Source: Candidatus Heimdallarchaeota archaeon
GTDB lineage: Archaea; Asgardarchaeota; Heimdallarchaeia; JABLTI01
DNA: 47,166 bases
Reading direction: 5' to 3'
Assembly (NCBI GenBank): GCA_019058275.1
Contig: JAHLVW010000030.1
Span: forward strand, 1 to 47,166
The notes under the pieces are model-generated. The model saw only the letters and a list, made by a program, of their open reading frames with translations, made no database searches and was not told where the DNA came from. Shown here in pieces: positions 30,406 through 39,913 of this stretch (position 1 is its first letter; each line of letters opens with the position of its first letter). A program made the position numbers and the translations under genes.

Positions 30406-32880
30406 ATAACAACGGTAGAAACTGAACATAACAAGAAAAAGATTAAGATTGGCGTTACAGGAATGACCTGTGCAGCATGTAGCTCAGCAGTTGAACGTGC
30501 ATTAAATAAACGCTCAGGTGTTGACAATGCTGTTGTAAGTCTTGCTACAAAGGATGCTGTTATTACTTTTGATCCAACATTTGTCAATGAATCCGATTTA
30601 GTTGATGCAATTGAAAGTGTTGGTTATGGTGTAAGAATTGAAAAGGTTGAGTTAGTTGTTATTGGGATGACTTGTGCATCTTGTGCTATGTATATCGAAA
30701 ACGCATTGAAGAAAGTCGATGGTGTCATTTCTACAGCAGTGAATCTTGCTACTAGAAAAGCAACAGTAGAATTCAATCCTGGATTAGTGAACCTTCCAAT
30801 ACTAGAAAAAGCGATACGTGATATTGGCTATGAAATTGAGAAATCAATAGAAGAGGATGCTTTAACACAAAGAAGGAGAATAGAACGAGAAGAACGAATT
30901 CATTATAGAAGTCGTTTGATTTTTGGTGTTATTTTCACAACTCCACTAATGGTTTTCATGTTCATTGACATGGGCATTGATGGATTCATGCAATTAACAA
31001 CAATAAAGTATACTATGCTAGCGCTATCAACTTTAGTGTATTTCTATGTGGGATGGTCTTTCTTTAAGAGTGCATTCAAAGCTGTAACTCATTTTTCATC
31101 AAACATGGATGTTCTTGTTTCTTTGGGAAGTAGTGCAGCTTACATTTACAGTATTGTTTCACTGATTATTGGTGGACCACTTTATTTTGAATCTGCAGCT
31201 TTTATTCTAACAGCATTGGTTATTGGTAAATACTTGGAAGCTATTGCTAAAGGAAGAACTTCTGATTCCATTGCTAAATTACTTGGTTTGCAACCGAAAA
31301 CTGCTCGAGTCATTAGGGATGAAATCGAAATGGACATCCCGATAAGTGATGTTATGGTTGATGATATTGTTGTTGTTCGACCTGGAGAAAAAATCCCTGT
31401 TGATGGTACAATAATTGAAGGTATTACTGCTGTAGATGAATCAATGATTACAGGTGAAAGCTTACTAGTCGATAAGAAAGTTGGTGATCTTGTTATAGGT
31501 GCTACTATCAATAAAAACGGTTTTATACGATTTAAAGCAGAGAAAGTCGGTTCAGATACTGTTCTTTCACAGATAATAAAATCAGTAGAAGATGCTCAAG
31601 GCAGTAAAGCACCTGTTCAGCGACTAGCTGACAAAGTATCAGCTTATTTTGTACCTACAGTAATTGTCATTGCACTTACAACTTTAACAATCTGGTTGAT
31701 TCTTGGAGGAGTTTTTAACTACGGACCTATATTGAATAGTATTTCGCATGAATGGTACACACATGCAATTTTAAACACAGTTGCAGTTTTAGTTATTGCT
31801 TGTCCTTGTGCCTTAGGTTTAGCAACACCAACTGGAATTATGGTAGGATCAGGGAAAGGAGCTGAATTAGGCATTCTTTTCAAGAATGCAGAGTCACTCG
31901 AGAAAACACTTGATATTGATACTATTCTGTTTGATAAGACTGGCACATTAACTAAAGGTATTCCAGAAGTTACTGATATTATTCCTATTAACTCTGATTA
32001 CTCGGAAGAAAACTTACTACATTTAGCCGGAAGCGCAGAAAAAGGGTCAGAACACTCTCTTGGTGAAGCAATTGTTCGAGCTGCTTCTATGAAAAAAATC
32101 TCTTTAGATGAGCCAAAAGAATTCAATGCTATACCTGGTAAAGGCATTGTTGCTAAAGTAAATAACCAAGAAATTATTCTCGGTAATTCTTCACTAATGA
32201 AAAATAAACAACTAAATGTTTCAGATGACATTACTGAAAAAATGTCTGCATTGCAAAATAATGGAAAAACAGTAATGATAATTGCTAATAGCAAAGAAAT
32301 AATCGGTTTAATTGCAGTTGCTGATGTAATTAAGGAATCATCGATTGAAGCTGTAAGAATTTTGAAAGAACTTGGTAAAGAAGTTATAATGGTTACTGGT
32401 GATAACCAAAGAACAGCTGAAGCGATTGCTAAGCAAGCTGGTATAGAAAGAGTCTTTGCAGAGGTTTTACCAGAAGAGAAAGCAAATATTGTCAAAGAAA
32501 TTCAAAAAGAAAATCGAAAAGTTGGCATGGTTGGAGATGGAATCAATGATGCTCCTGCTTTAGCTCAGGCAGAAATTGGTTTTGCTGTTGCATCTGGAAC
32601 CGATGTTTCCATAGAAACTTCTTCAGTAACATTAATGAGAAGCGATTTAACTCAAGTAGTAGATGCAATTGAATTAAGCGGTGAGACACTGAAAATTATA
32701 AAACAGAATCTCTTATGGGCATTTCTCTTTAATACTATAGCAATTCCAGTGGCAGCAATTGGTTTACTTAACCCAATGATTGCTGCAGCAGCAATGGCTT
32801 TTAGTTCTGTTTTTGTGGTTACAAATTCGTTACGATTAAAATGGTTCAAGCCAAAAATAAATCCAAATAGCACTTCCTAA
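30406..32880 (+). CDS. copA: Copper-translocating P1B-type ATPase (start uncertain; first ATG at 30463)
   Basis: Two GMTCxxC HMA domains, [32 protein letters not shown]. Confidence 0.93.
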   Translation: MTTVETEHNKKKIKIGVTGMTCAACSSAVERALNKRSGVDNAVVSLATKDAVITFDPTFVNESDLVDAIESVGYGVRIEKVELVVIGMTCASCAMYIENALKKVDGVISTAVNLATRKATVEFNPGLVNLPILEKAIRDIGYEIEKSIEEDALTQRRRIEREERIHYRSRLIFGVIFTTPLMVFMFIDMGIDGFMQLTTIKYTMLALSTLVYFYVGWSFFKSAFKAVTHFSSNMDVLVSLGSSAAYIYSIVSLIIGGPLYFESAAFILTALVIGKYLEAIAKGRTSDSIAKLLGLQPKTARVIRDEIEMDIPISDVMVDDIVVVRPGEKIPVDGTIIEGITAVDESMITGESLLVDKKVGDLVIGATINKNGFIRFKAEKVGSDTVLSQIIKSVEDAQGSKAPVQRLADKVSAYFVPTVIVIALTTLTIWLILGGVFNYGPILNSISHEWYTHAILNTVAVLVIACPCALGLATPTGIMVGSGKGAELGILFKNAESLEKTLDIDTILFDKTGTLTKGIPEVTDIIPINSDYSEENLLHLAGSAEKGSEHSLGEAIVRAASMKKISLDEPKEFNAIPGKGIVAKVNNQEIILGNSSLMKNKQLNVSDDITEKMSALQNNGKTVMIIANSKEIIGLIAVADVIKESSIEAVRILKELGKEVIMVTGDNQRTAEAIAKQAGIERVFAEVLPEEKANIVKEIQKENRKVGMVGDGINDAPALAQAEIGFAVASGTDVSIETSSVTLMRSDLTQVVDAIELSGETLKIIKQNLLWAFLFNTIAIPVAAIGLLNPMIAAAAMAFSSVFVVTNSLRLKWFKPKINPNSTS

Positions 32881-32893
32881 ACGACTATTTCTC

Positions 32894-34460
32894 ATAAATT
32901 ATCCATGGTCTATCCTAGTTAGCTAAAAACTAAAGAGTTTTCACTAACATTTTGGATTTCTTGCGAGTCCTCCCAACTCCAAGTATGGAGGAACTTTCGT
33001 TTGACGTTTGGCTTTGTATCGCAAAAAACTTCTCTCGAAAGACTTTCAAGAGTCGTTGCCCGACCACAGGGCGTTTGAGTGATAGTGCTAGTATTGCGAG
33101 AAACCGTTGCATTTGAATTCCAGCAGAATTAATATCTCGGTCAATTACTAACCCACAATCACAAATGATAATTCGTTCGGAGAGTTTTCGGTTCTCCTTC
33201 TTCATGCAGAAACAGCATCTCTTGCTTGAGTTTCGTTCGCTGATTCTTATTATCCTCTTACCTACTAATTTTGCTTTGTAGGTTAAGAATCGAGCAAAGC
33301 GAGCAATTGAACCACTGTTCTGCATGCTTCGATGACGACTCTTATCGTTCTTCTTATCCCCTTTCTTTTTCCTACTCATATCTTTGGAGTTTAAGTCTCC
33401 AATGATGATGGTATTAGCTTTGGTGTTCTCTACAATTTTCTTGCTAGTTTTATGCTGGAAGTCTCTTTGCTGATTAGCTTGCTTCCTAATCATCTTGCTT
33501 AATTTATCATTATACCAATGCCATTTGTTTGAATATTTCTTACAATGATCTCTTTTTGATTGTACTTCCTCTATCTTTGGTTGCCAATATTTATCTACTC
33601 GTTTATTTTTGACTGTGATTGTTTTCCCTGTATGACTGTTCACTGCAGCTACGAGATTAATCATTCCTTGATCTATTGCTTGATAGATACCATTGTCTTG
33701 ATACTCAGGTATTTGAGGTTCATAGATAATTGATAGGAAGAACTCTTTGGTTTTATATGTCTGAAAGATGGTTACTTGCTTGACTTTCTGATTTCTGAAA
33801 TCAAATTTCCCTTCCATTTGGAAGGACAGATCAACTTCTTTTGTTTCTTTCGTTGGATAAAAATGATTAAAGGTTATCTTGTGTCCTTCTATCTTGAATC
33901 CCTTTTGGTTGTAGTGGATTGTTGTAAAGTATTTTTTCCCTTTGAATCTTGGAGGTTCAGCATCAGTATACCCATTATTTCTTAAAGTGTGAAAGGACTT
34001 GTAATCTGCTTCAAGTTGTTTTAGGGTGTCTTGTAGTGTTTTTGAGTAATTCTGCTGGTACCGTGGGTATTGTTTCTTTAGCTTTGGTAATAGTGATGAT
34101 TGACTGTTATAGGTTGGTTTATTCGTTATATCTTGTTTGTTTTTTGGTAATATTTTGTTTTGGTCCCACCAGTCTTTTCGCTCCTTATTCGCGAAGTAAT
34201 AGATTAGTCGGCAGTTTTCAGCTAATGCCCAGAGAACCTGTTCTTGCTCTTTTGTTGGATGGATTTTTACTCTAGTAGCTAATTGTAGAGGTTTGTTTAT
34301 TGGGTTGGTAATTTGCTTTATTTGTTCAAGTGCTTTTTCTAGTTCTTTCTTTGGCAAATCGTTTATGAGTATTTTTTGAATTTTCTTGGTTAATCGTTTT
34401 TCTTTGAAAACCATTTTCTTCAACAAAATATATATACAGCTAAATATATAGTATTTTTAT
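32894..34460 (-). mobile_element. tnpB-only (IS1341-like) element with predicted omegaRNA/right end
   Basis: No tnpA nearby. The minus-strand 3' end GACTCGCAAGAAATCCA...TGGATAATTTAT has nested stems resembling archaeal tnpB right ends. Boundaries approximate. Confidence 0.6.
32930..34426 (-). CDS. tnpB: TnpB RNA-guided endonuclease (IS200/IS605-IS607 superfamily)
   Basis: KIHPTKEQ HTH, PPRFK, RuvC-I AIDQG, RDFQHK.S, YKAK, CCFC..CDCG Zn finger, DRDINSA. Confidence 0.92.
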   Translation of the reverse strand: MLKKMVFKEKRLTKKIQKILINDLPKKELEKALEQIKQITNPINKPLQLATRVKIHPTKEQEQVLWALAENCRLIYYFANKERKDWWDQNKILPKNKQDITNKPTYNSQSSLLPKLKKQYPRYQQNYSKTLQDTLKQLEADYKSFHTLRNNGYTDAEPPRFKGKKYFTTIHYNQKGFKIEGHKITFNHFYPTKETKEVDLSFQMEGKFDFRNQKVKQVTIFQTYKTKEFFLSIIYEPQIPEYQDNGIYQAIDQGMINLVAAVNSHTGKTITVKNKRVDKYWQPKIEEVQSKRDHCKKYSNKWHWYNDKLSKMIRKQANQQRDFQHKTSKKIVENTKANTIIIGDLNSKDMSRKKKGDKKNDKSRHRSMQNSGSIARFARFLTYKAKLVGKRIIRISERNSSKRCCFCMKKENRKLSERIIICDCGLVIDRDINSAGIQMQRFLAILALSLKRPVVGQRLLKVFREKFFAIQSQTSNESSSILGVGRTRKKSKMLVKTL

Positions 34461-34597
34461 AAGGAGTTCCCCGAAAGTAATAAGCATTTAACTAAAAGAA
34501 TAGTTAATTAAATAGCTTAATGTACATCTTTTCAAAGGTGCCTTTAAGAAAGAAAATCCCAATACTTTAATGACTTGTTTGATTAGAGAGAAAAACC

Positions 34598-36163
34598 TTG
34601 TCAAAACCACTTTCCTGGATAAATGATCCATTATTATTTGACGTAGAACCATTGCAAGTTAATAAATGGTTAAATGCAAATGATCTTATACAGCAAGAGC
34701 AAGGTAATGAGATATTTCTCTCAGATAGTCAACAACTTAAACTCTATCCTATCATGATTCGTCGGATTGATTTTGTCAGAAAGAAACCGTCTGATCGTAT
34801 CATGGCTAGATTTCCATTTCTAGTAATAAACAAAGATATACAAGAGCAAATTATTGACAAGATTCTCCTCATTTCTGAAGTTGTTCGTGATTATTTTTAC
34901 AAATCTATTAATAAATCCATTCTGCAATGGAAACTAGATATTCTAAAATATTTAGCAAAAGGATGTTTACCTTTTCCCATAGTAAGATGTTGCTTCGAAT
35001 TCTCACCAAATGTTCACGTTCCAATTAATGATACCTCTCTTCGCTTCACTAGTGCTCGCGGCGAACCATTCAAGATGCCTACAAAACTCACCAAAGAATT
35101 AGCTTATCTTGCTGGCATGGTCAACGGTGATGGTAATCTCCAAAAATATACTTTGCGAATAGTCGATTACTCGATAAAGAATATCAAACAACTCCAAGCA
35201 ATGTTCCAAGAATATTTTGATCAAACAGGGAACATTATCTACAAAACACCCAACAGCCCGGAAGTAGTAATAACCAATCTGTGGGTAGTAAGATTGTTTT
35301 CTTTCTTAACTGGACAACCAATCGGAATTAAGAAATATGGGCATTTAGGTGAACCATTAATCTTTAAACAAGAACCTAATCGATCCTATTACTGGTCAGG
35401 TGTCATGGATGCAGATGGGAGCTATAAAAAGTCGAATGTAACTTTTGTAAGTGCTTCTTTAAGATTTGCTACTGACTTCAAAATTTTCCTTTCTGAAAAT
35501 AAAATTAGTTCTAAATTAACAGAGAGAGAGGATAATACTGTTTATATCTATATTCCAAGTTTGTATCATGACAAACTAAAGGAATTACTAATTTGTTTAC
35601 ATCCAGAAAAAAAAGAACACTTTGATAAAATAACTCATTCTCATACAAACATGGTAACTTTCTTTGATGGATATAGAAACTCCTCTCTAATTAATGGTTA
35701 TTTCAATTTCAGACTAATAAATAACTTAAGTGTTAATGGTCTAGGGCAATTATTGCGATTACTTCGAGGAAGTTTATCAAGAAAAGCTTTTGTAGAGAAA
35801 TTAACACTTAATGAGAAGACTCTCCAAGCAATCGAAGTAGGAACAATGAGTATAAACATCTTACATTTAGATGATATTCTTAAAATAAATAATCTACAAC
35901 TAATGCCTTATCTTACTCAACAAAAGTCTATTCGCTTTCACATACGAGGTTCCAAACGTGTAAAACTAGATACTCAACCAAATGAGCAATTAGCTTCACT
36001 TTTGAAACCACTTACGTTTCATAAGCATAGTGTGACTATACCCAAAACTCATTTACAAGTCAAACAAGCTATTGAAAACCATTTCGATATATCATTACAA
36101 ACTCATAAAATAACAAGTAAAATACTTCTCAAATTTTTTAGAACATTTATTGAAGTAAAATAA
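34598..36163 (+). CDS. Free-standing double-motif LAGLIDADG endonuclease-like protein with XRE-type HTH
   Basis: LAYLAGMVNGDGNL and YWSGVMDADGSY motifs. LGQLLRLLRG.LSRKAFVEKL.L....LQAIE.G is an HTH. Confidence 0.8.
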   Translation: MSKPLSWINDPLLFDVEPLQVNKWLNANDLIQQEQGNEIFLSDSQQLKLYPIMIRRIDFVRKKPSDRIMARFPFLVINKDIQEQIIDKILLISEVVRDYFYKSINKSILQWKLDILKYLAKGCLPFPIVRCCFEFSPNVHVPINDTSLRFTSARGEPFKMPTKLTKELAYLAGMVNGDGNLQKYTLRIVDYSIKNIKQLQAMFQEYFDQTGNIIYKTPNSPEVVITNLWVVRLFSFLTGQPIGIKKYGHLGEPLIFKQEPNRSYYWSGVMDADGSYKKSNVTFVSASLRFATDFKIFLSENKISSKLTEREDNTVYIYIPSLYHDKLKELLICLHPEKKEHFDKITHSHTNMVTFFDGYRNSSLINGYFNFRLINNLSVNGLGQLLRLLRGSLSRKAFVEKLTLNEKTLQAIEVGTMSINILHLDDILKINNLQLMPYLTQQKSIRFHIRGSKRVKLDTQPNEQLASLLKPLTFHKHSVTIPKTHLQVKQAIENHFDISLQTHKITSKILLKFFRTFIEVK

Positions 36164-36314
36164 TAGTATAATCTCCAACATTGTGTAAAAAATACATTTC
36201 TTTGAATTGTTAATGTTCTTCTAATGTACAAGAGGGGTATTTCGAGGTATTTTAAGTCTTTAAAATCGTTATTTTGCTGTTTTAAAGCGATTAGAATTGA
36301 CTCTTGATTTTTGC

Positions 36315-36460
36315 TTTCAGACTTTTTTACGAGTAAAGGTTATTTGCTTGAATTATGCTTTTTCACTTTTAGTCTTTGGATTTTTTTACATGTAATTAGT
36401 CCACTTTTTGGACTTTCTTACCAGTTAGCTCTTTAAATAGTATTTTCTTCGAGTAAAAGG
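36315..36460 (+). repeat. Four degenerate direct repeats, consensus GAYTTTYTTACNNGTWA
   Basis: Copies at 36320 (gacttttttacgagtaa), 36379 (gatttttttacatgtaa), 36411 (gactttcttaccagtta) and ~36440 (gtattttcttcgagtaa, most degenerate). Confidence 0.6.
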
Positions 36461-36467
36461 ATAGGAG

Positions 36468-37229
36468 ATGTTTATGTTGGCTCAGAACCCATTGATTCTA
36501 AAACCCGGCTTAGAGTATTCCTTCCCTGAATTTAACTCCAAGGTCAAATTCACTACTGTTATGGAAGAAGTGTTATACGCACTCCTAACTTTCTTTTTCC
36601 TCAGTGGTGAATCAAAACTCACAAATGTGGTTAATGATTTGATAGACGTACTTGAGCGCACTCCTAAAACTATTGGTTCTGTCCTCAAGTCCCTTGAGCA
36701 GCTGGATTTACTCACTTATTATCGGGATGGGAGATATAAAACGGTTGAATTGCATCTAGAAAACGAGTTCTTGAAGAGTTTCATTATTCGGTTTTTTGGG
36801 TTTAGTGATTATACGAAAATGAAGTGCAAGAAATTGAAGCGGATTATCATTGGTTTTTATCCGATTCCTGACTTTGGAAATATGAAGATATTATTTCAAG
36901 ATGAAACCAATCGTTTAGATTCTTTGCTTGATGAAGATCATTACTTGTTTGATTGGATGAATAAAATCGAGGAATTAGAAAAACTTGCAAAAATAACTCA
37001 TTCAGTTGATAGTTGTGTTGAAGGAAATCCCATTTTATTGTTTATTGATCAAATCGTTAGTTCGATAACTGCTCAACAAGAACAACAATCTTCGGATTTA
37101 TCATTTCTTGAATTAACAGAGATAGTAGCTGAGGTTGTTGCAGAATTTAAAGAGATTCCCCCTTGGTTGGATTCTGCTGTAATTGGTGGTTCTTATCCTT
37201 GGGTTGTTTTAGAGGATAAATTGAAGTGA
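36468..37229 (+). CDS. Winged-helix DNA-binding protein
   Basis: LIDVLERTPKTIGSVLKSLEQLDLLTYYRDGRYKTVEL (ArsR/MarR-like wHTH). Stop overlaps the next start (GTGA). Confidence 0.72.
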   Translation: MFMLAQNPLILKPGLEYSFPEFNSKVKFTTVMEEVLYALLTFFFLSGESKLTNVVNDLIDVLERTPKTIGSVLKSLEQLDLLTYYRDGRYKTVELHLENEFLKSFIIRFFGFSDYTKMKCKKLKRIIIGFYPIPDFGNMKILFQDETNRLDSLLDEDHYLFDWMNKIEELEKLAKITHSVDSCVEGNPILLFIDQIVSSITAQQEQQSSDLSFLELTEIVAEVVAEFKEIPPWLDSAVIGGSYPWVVLEDKLK

Positions 37230-39217
37230 GTTATGCGAAGAATGAACTAAAAGAACGAGTTTATTCACTTTTTACTCAAAAAGAAGATAACTTTGACGGA
37301 TTTACCTGTAATGAAGTCTCCGAAATTATCGGAAAAGAGTCCAAAGATACTAATCAAGTACTGAAAGGTTTAACTGATTCGGGTAAATTATCTCGAGTAA
37401 AAAACAAGATTGGTGTTAAACAAAAAACCTACAAGTACATTTTGCCAACTGCAGAAAACACTGAGGATAGTAGTAAAAAGAAAACGTGTAACAACTGTCA
37501 AAGATATTCTGGTCTAGAGAAGTGTATTTTGCTTAGACTAGTAGAAGAAAGTGCTCCTTGGGCTTTACAAGGTGAGCTAAGGGAACGAGTAGCTGCAGTA
37601 AGCCTGGATGGTGTTTCAGCTTGTGCCTACCATGATCCAAGAAAGAAAGGACAGTGTAAGAGTAAAACGATGAAGATTTTTTTTAAAAAGAATACTGACA
37701 GTATTACCTTCGAATTTCATTGCCCTATAGAGAGATGCATGAAGATTATTGATGAACTTAGTATGTCACTCCAAAGAAAGAATATTGGAGCAAACACCTT
37801 GTATTGTCCTCATTGTAGTTCACCGATTAATTTTACGTTTGACCATGGATCAAATCGTTATCAGGTTCAATATTGGGATAGTCAGTTTGATATTCTCAAG
37901 AGGGATTATGAGAGACTCACTGGGATGAATCTAGATAATAGATACAAAGAGAAACGCTCTCATGGTTTTTCTATTGTGAAAGAAGGAAGTTTTTATTTAG
38001 ATTTAAACGAAGAAGCCATCTATATTGGCAATGAACTATCTCCTAACGAACTGAAAGACTCAAAAGATCTTGCTTATTTCTCTCTTAGACAATTGGACTA
38101 TATAGCTGTAAAGCACGAAGAGGATTATCTTTATCTCAAACAAAAGTTGCATGATTTTGATTCTTCGGCAGGAAAAGCATTATATCCAAACATAAATTTG
38201 TTACATTCCAGAAGTTTTATTGAGAGTACTGAGCCGACTCTAAAAGAGATAGGTGGAAATGAGATTTTAATTGCGACTGTAGCAACTTTTCATCCAATGT
38301 TTTTTTCTAATCTCCTCAATCGTGAAGCTGTTCTTAAAAAAAAATTTGTTGACATGGCTGATACAGAATTTAGAAGAGATTTCAAAGTAGCTATTAAACT
38401 ATTTGAAAGAGATATCAAGAAGTATGCAACTCCTTGGAATATTTCTTTCAAAGAATGGCAGCAGATAGAAGGAGGATTTGGGAGTGTTATGTATACACCA
38501 TTCAAAAAAGAAGCAGAGAAATATGGTTTCGAGAACATCTCTCGAGAAAAGGCTCGTAAGGTTCGGGGGGAACCCTTCATGTCTTACGGATTATTTACAG
38601 CTCGAACACCAAAAGCTTGTTTTGAAAATGGTGTACACAAGCTGACTGATAATTACATCAAGGAAGAGATTTACAATACTTTTCTCGTGCCATGGGATGG
38701 ATTGCGAGGGTGGTGTCATAGGAATTACTCCTTCGGACTATTTCTGGACTACATAGAAACAACCAGAGCAGTAGCACCATTGTGGATTAATGAAGCAATT
38801 AGAAATGTAGATTTAACCCCTGCTGATTTTGAGTCAGAACGTGGAAAACGATTTGAGAAATACTACCATATGAAACCAAAATCCCATGCACATGAAGTGG
38901 CTAAGCATGTAAGTAAACAGATTTTGCAAACAAAAATAACTCTAACTACAGCCACGGATACTACAATTAAAAGGATGACAGACAAGTCAGCTAACCAACT
39001 AAAACGATTACTGACTCAACTACCTAATTCCACAGCTGATTTGTTTGCTGGGAATAAGAACAGCAGGCAAGTTAAGACTATCTAGAAGAAATTGCAAGAA
39101 ACAAATAATAGATCTTACTTGATAGCTAAAGAGTATCGTTTACTTCAAAAACATGTTCGGAAATTCTTCAAAGAAGAGTTTTCCTTTGAACCAATCACTA
39201 TTTCTGAAATACTGTAA
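37226..39217 (+). CDS. cas1: Divergent Cas1-like integrase with N-terminal wHTH and Cys clusters; internal TAG at 39083-39085
   Basis: QIEGG (E415), GWCH (H498), LFLDYIETTR (D508/E511), LTPADF, and a Cas1-like N-terminal beta region (FSIVKEGSFYL..FSLRQLDYIAV). The frame continues about 43 codons past the TAG to TAA 39217, just before the next RBS. Confidence 0.72.
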
Positions 39218-39227
39218 AGGTGAGGTA

Positions 39228-39911
39228 ATGGTGCTAAAGAAAAGGAACCACAAGAATGATCCAATAGTAACTCTAAATTTAGCTTTAGCTACTATCTTAG
39301 TAGATAATGACTTTCGGATTCGAAAAAATAAGAATAAGAAACTCTATAGAACAACAATAAAAGAATTCGCAGCTAAAGGATTCATCCGAACACATGCATT
39401 TATTACTAATTGGTTATTTGAGCTGTTCGAGTATGGAGAAATAACTTCACTCACTTTTCATGAGATAATGGAAAAATTGCCTTGGTCTTGGGATAAAACG
39501 CGAGAGTATTTTGATTATTTGGAAGAAATTGGTATCGTTCAATATTCAAGAGATTCTTCTGGTAGGAAGGTTTGCATTCTTACTGTTGACGAGGATTATA
39601 AAGCAAGACAAGTTGAAAATTTGGTTTACTTGTACAAAAAATATGGAGCACACTCACAAGTAACTATTTCTGATGCTCGAAAGGAATATCTGAGATATAA
39701 TAAGAAATTGAATGAGTGGCAATGTAAAAACAAAAAAGTGGAAAAAATGTCAACAGAAATCACACAAGCAACTAGTAGCAAAATTGACAAATTCATCTTC
39801 GATGTAACCAACATAATAAGTATAGCTGAGAAAAACGAGCTTGAACTTAATCTTTTGACATTTTTGAAGAAAAACCCATTGTTGATTTATTCACTTAAGA
39901 GGAATGGTTAG
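39228..39911 (+). CDS. Winged-helix DNA-binding protein
   Basis: RBS AGGTGAGG before ATG 39228. LTFHEIMEKLPWSWDKTREYFDYLEEIGIVQYSRDSSGRKVCIL is a wHTH. Confidence 0.7.
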   Translation: MVLKKRNHKNDPIVTLNLALATILVDNDFRIRKNKNKKLYRTTIKEFAAKGFIRTHAFITNWLFELFEYGEITSLTFHEIMEKLPWSWDKTREYFDYLEEIGIVQYSRDSSGRKVCILTVDEDYKARQVENLVYLYKKYGAHSQVTISDARKEYLRYNKKLNEWQCKNKKVEKMSTEITQATSSKIDKFIFDVTNIISIAEKNELELNLLTFLKKNPLLIYSLKRNG

Positions 39912-39913
39912 AA

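Noticed and set aside
32930-34426. Cas12-type effector of the Cas1 locus, or catalytically dead TnpB
   Set aside because: It has a typical IS-type 3' end, no array and lies on the opposite strand. The missing RuvC-II Glu is plausibly replaced by the downstream Glu.
34598-36163. Intein- or intron-encoded endonuclease
   Set aside because: No Hint-domain splice motifs (C/S start, HN-C/S/T end) and no interrupted host gene or rRNA around it.
39153-39227. ORF-track start of the second wHTH gene
   Set aside because: It overlaps the probable Cas1 C-terminus, and a strong RBS supports ATG 39228.
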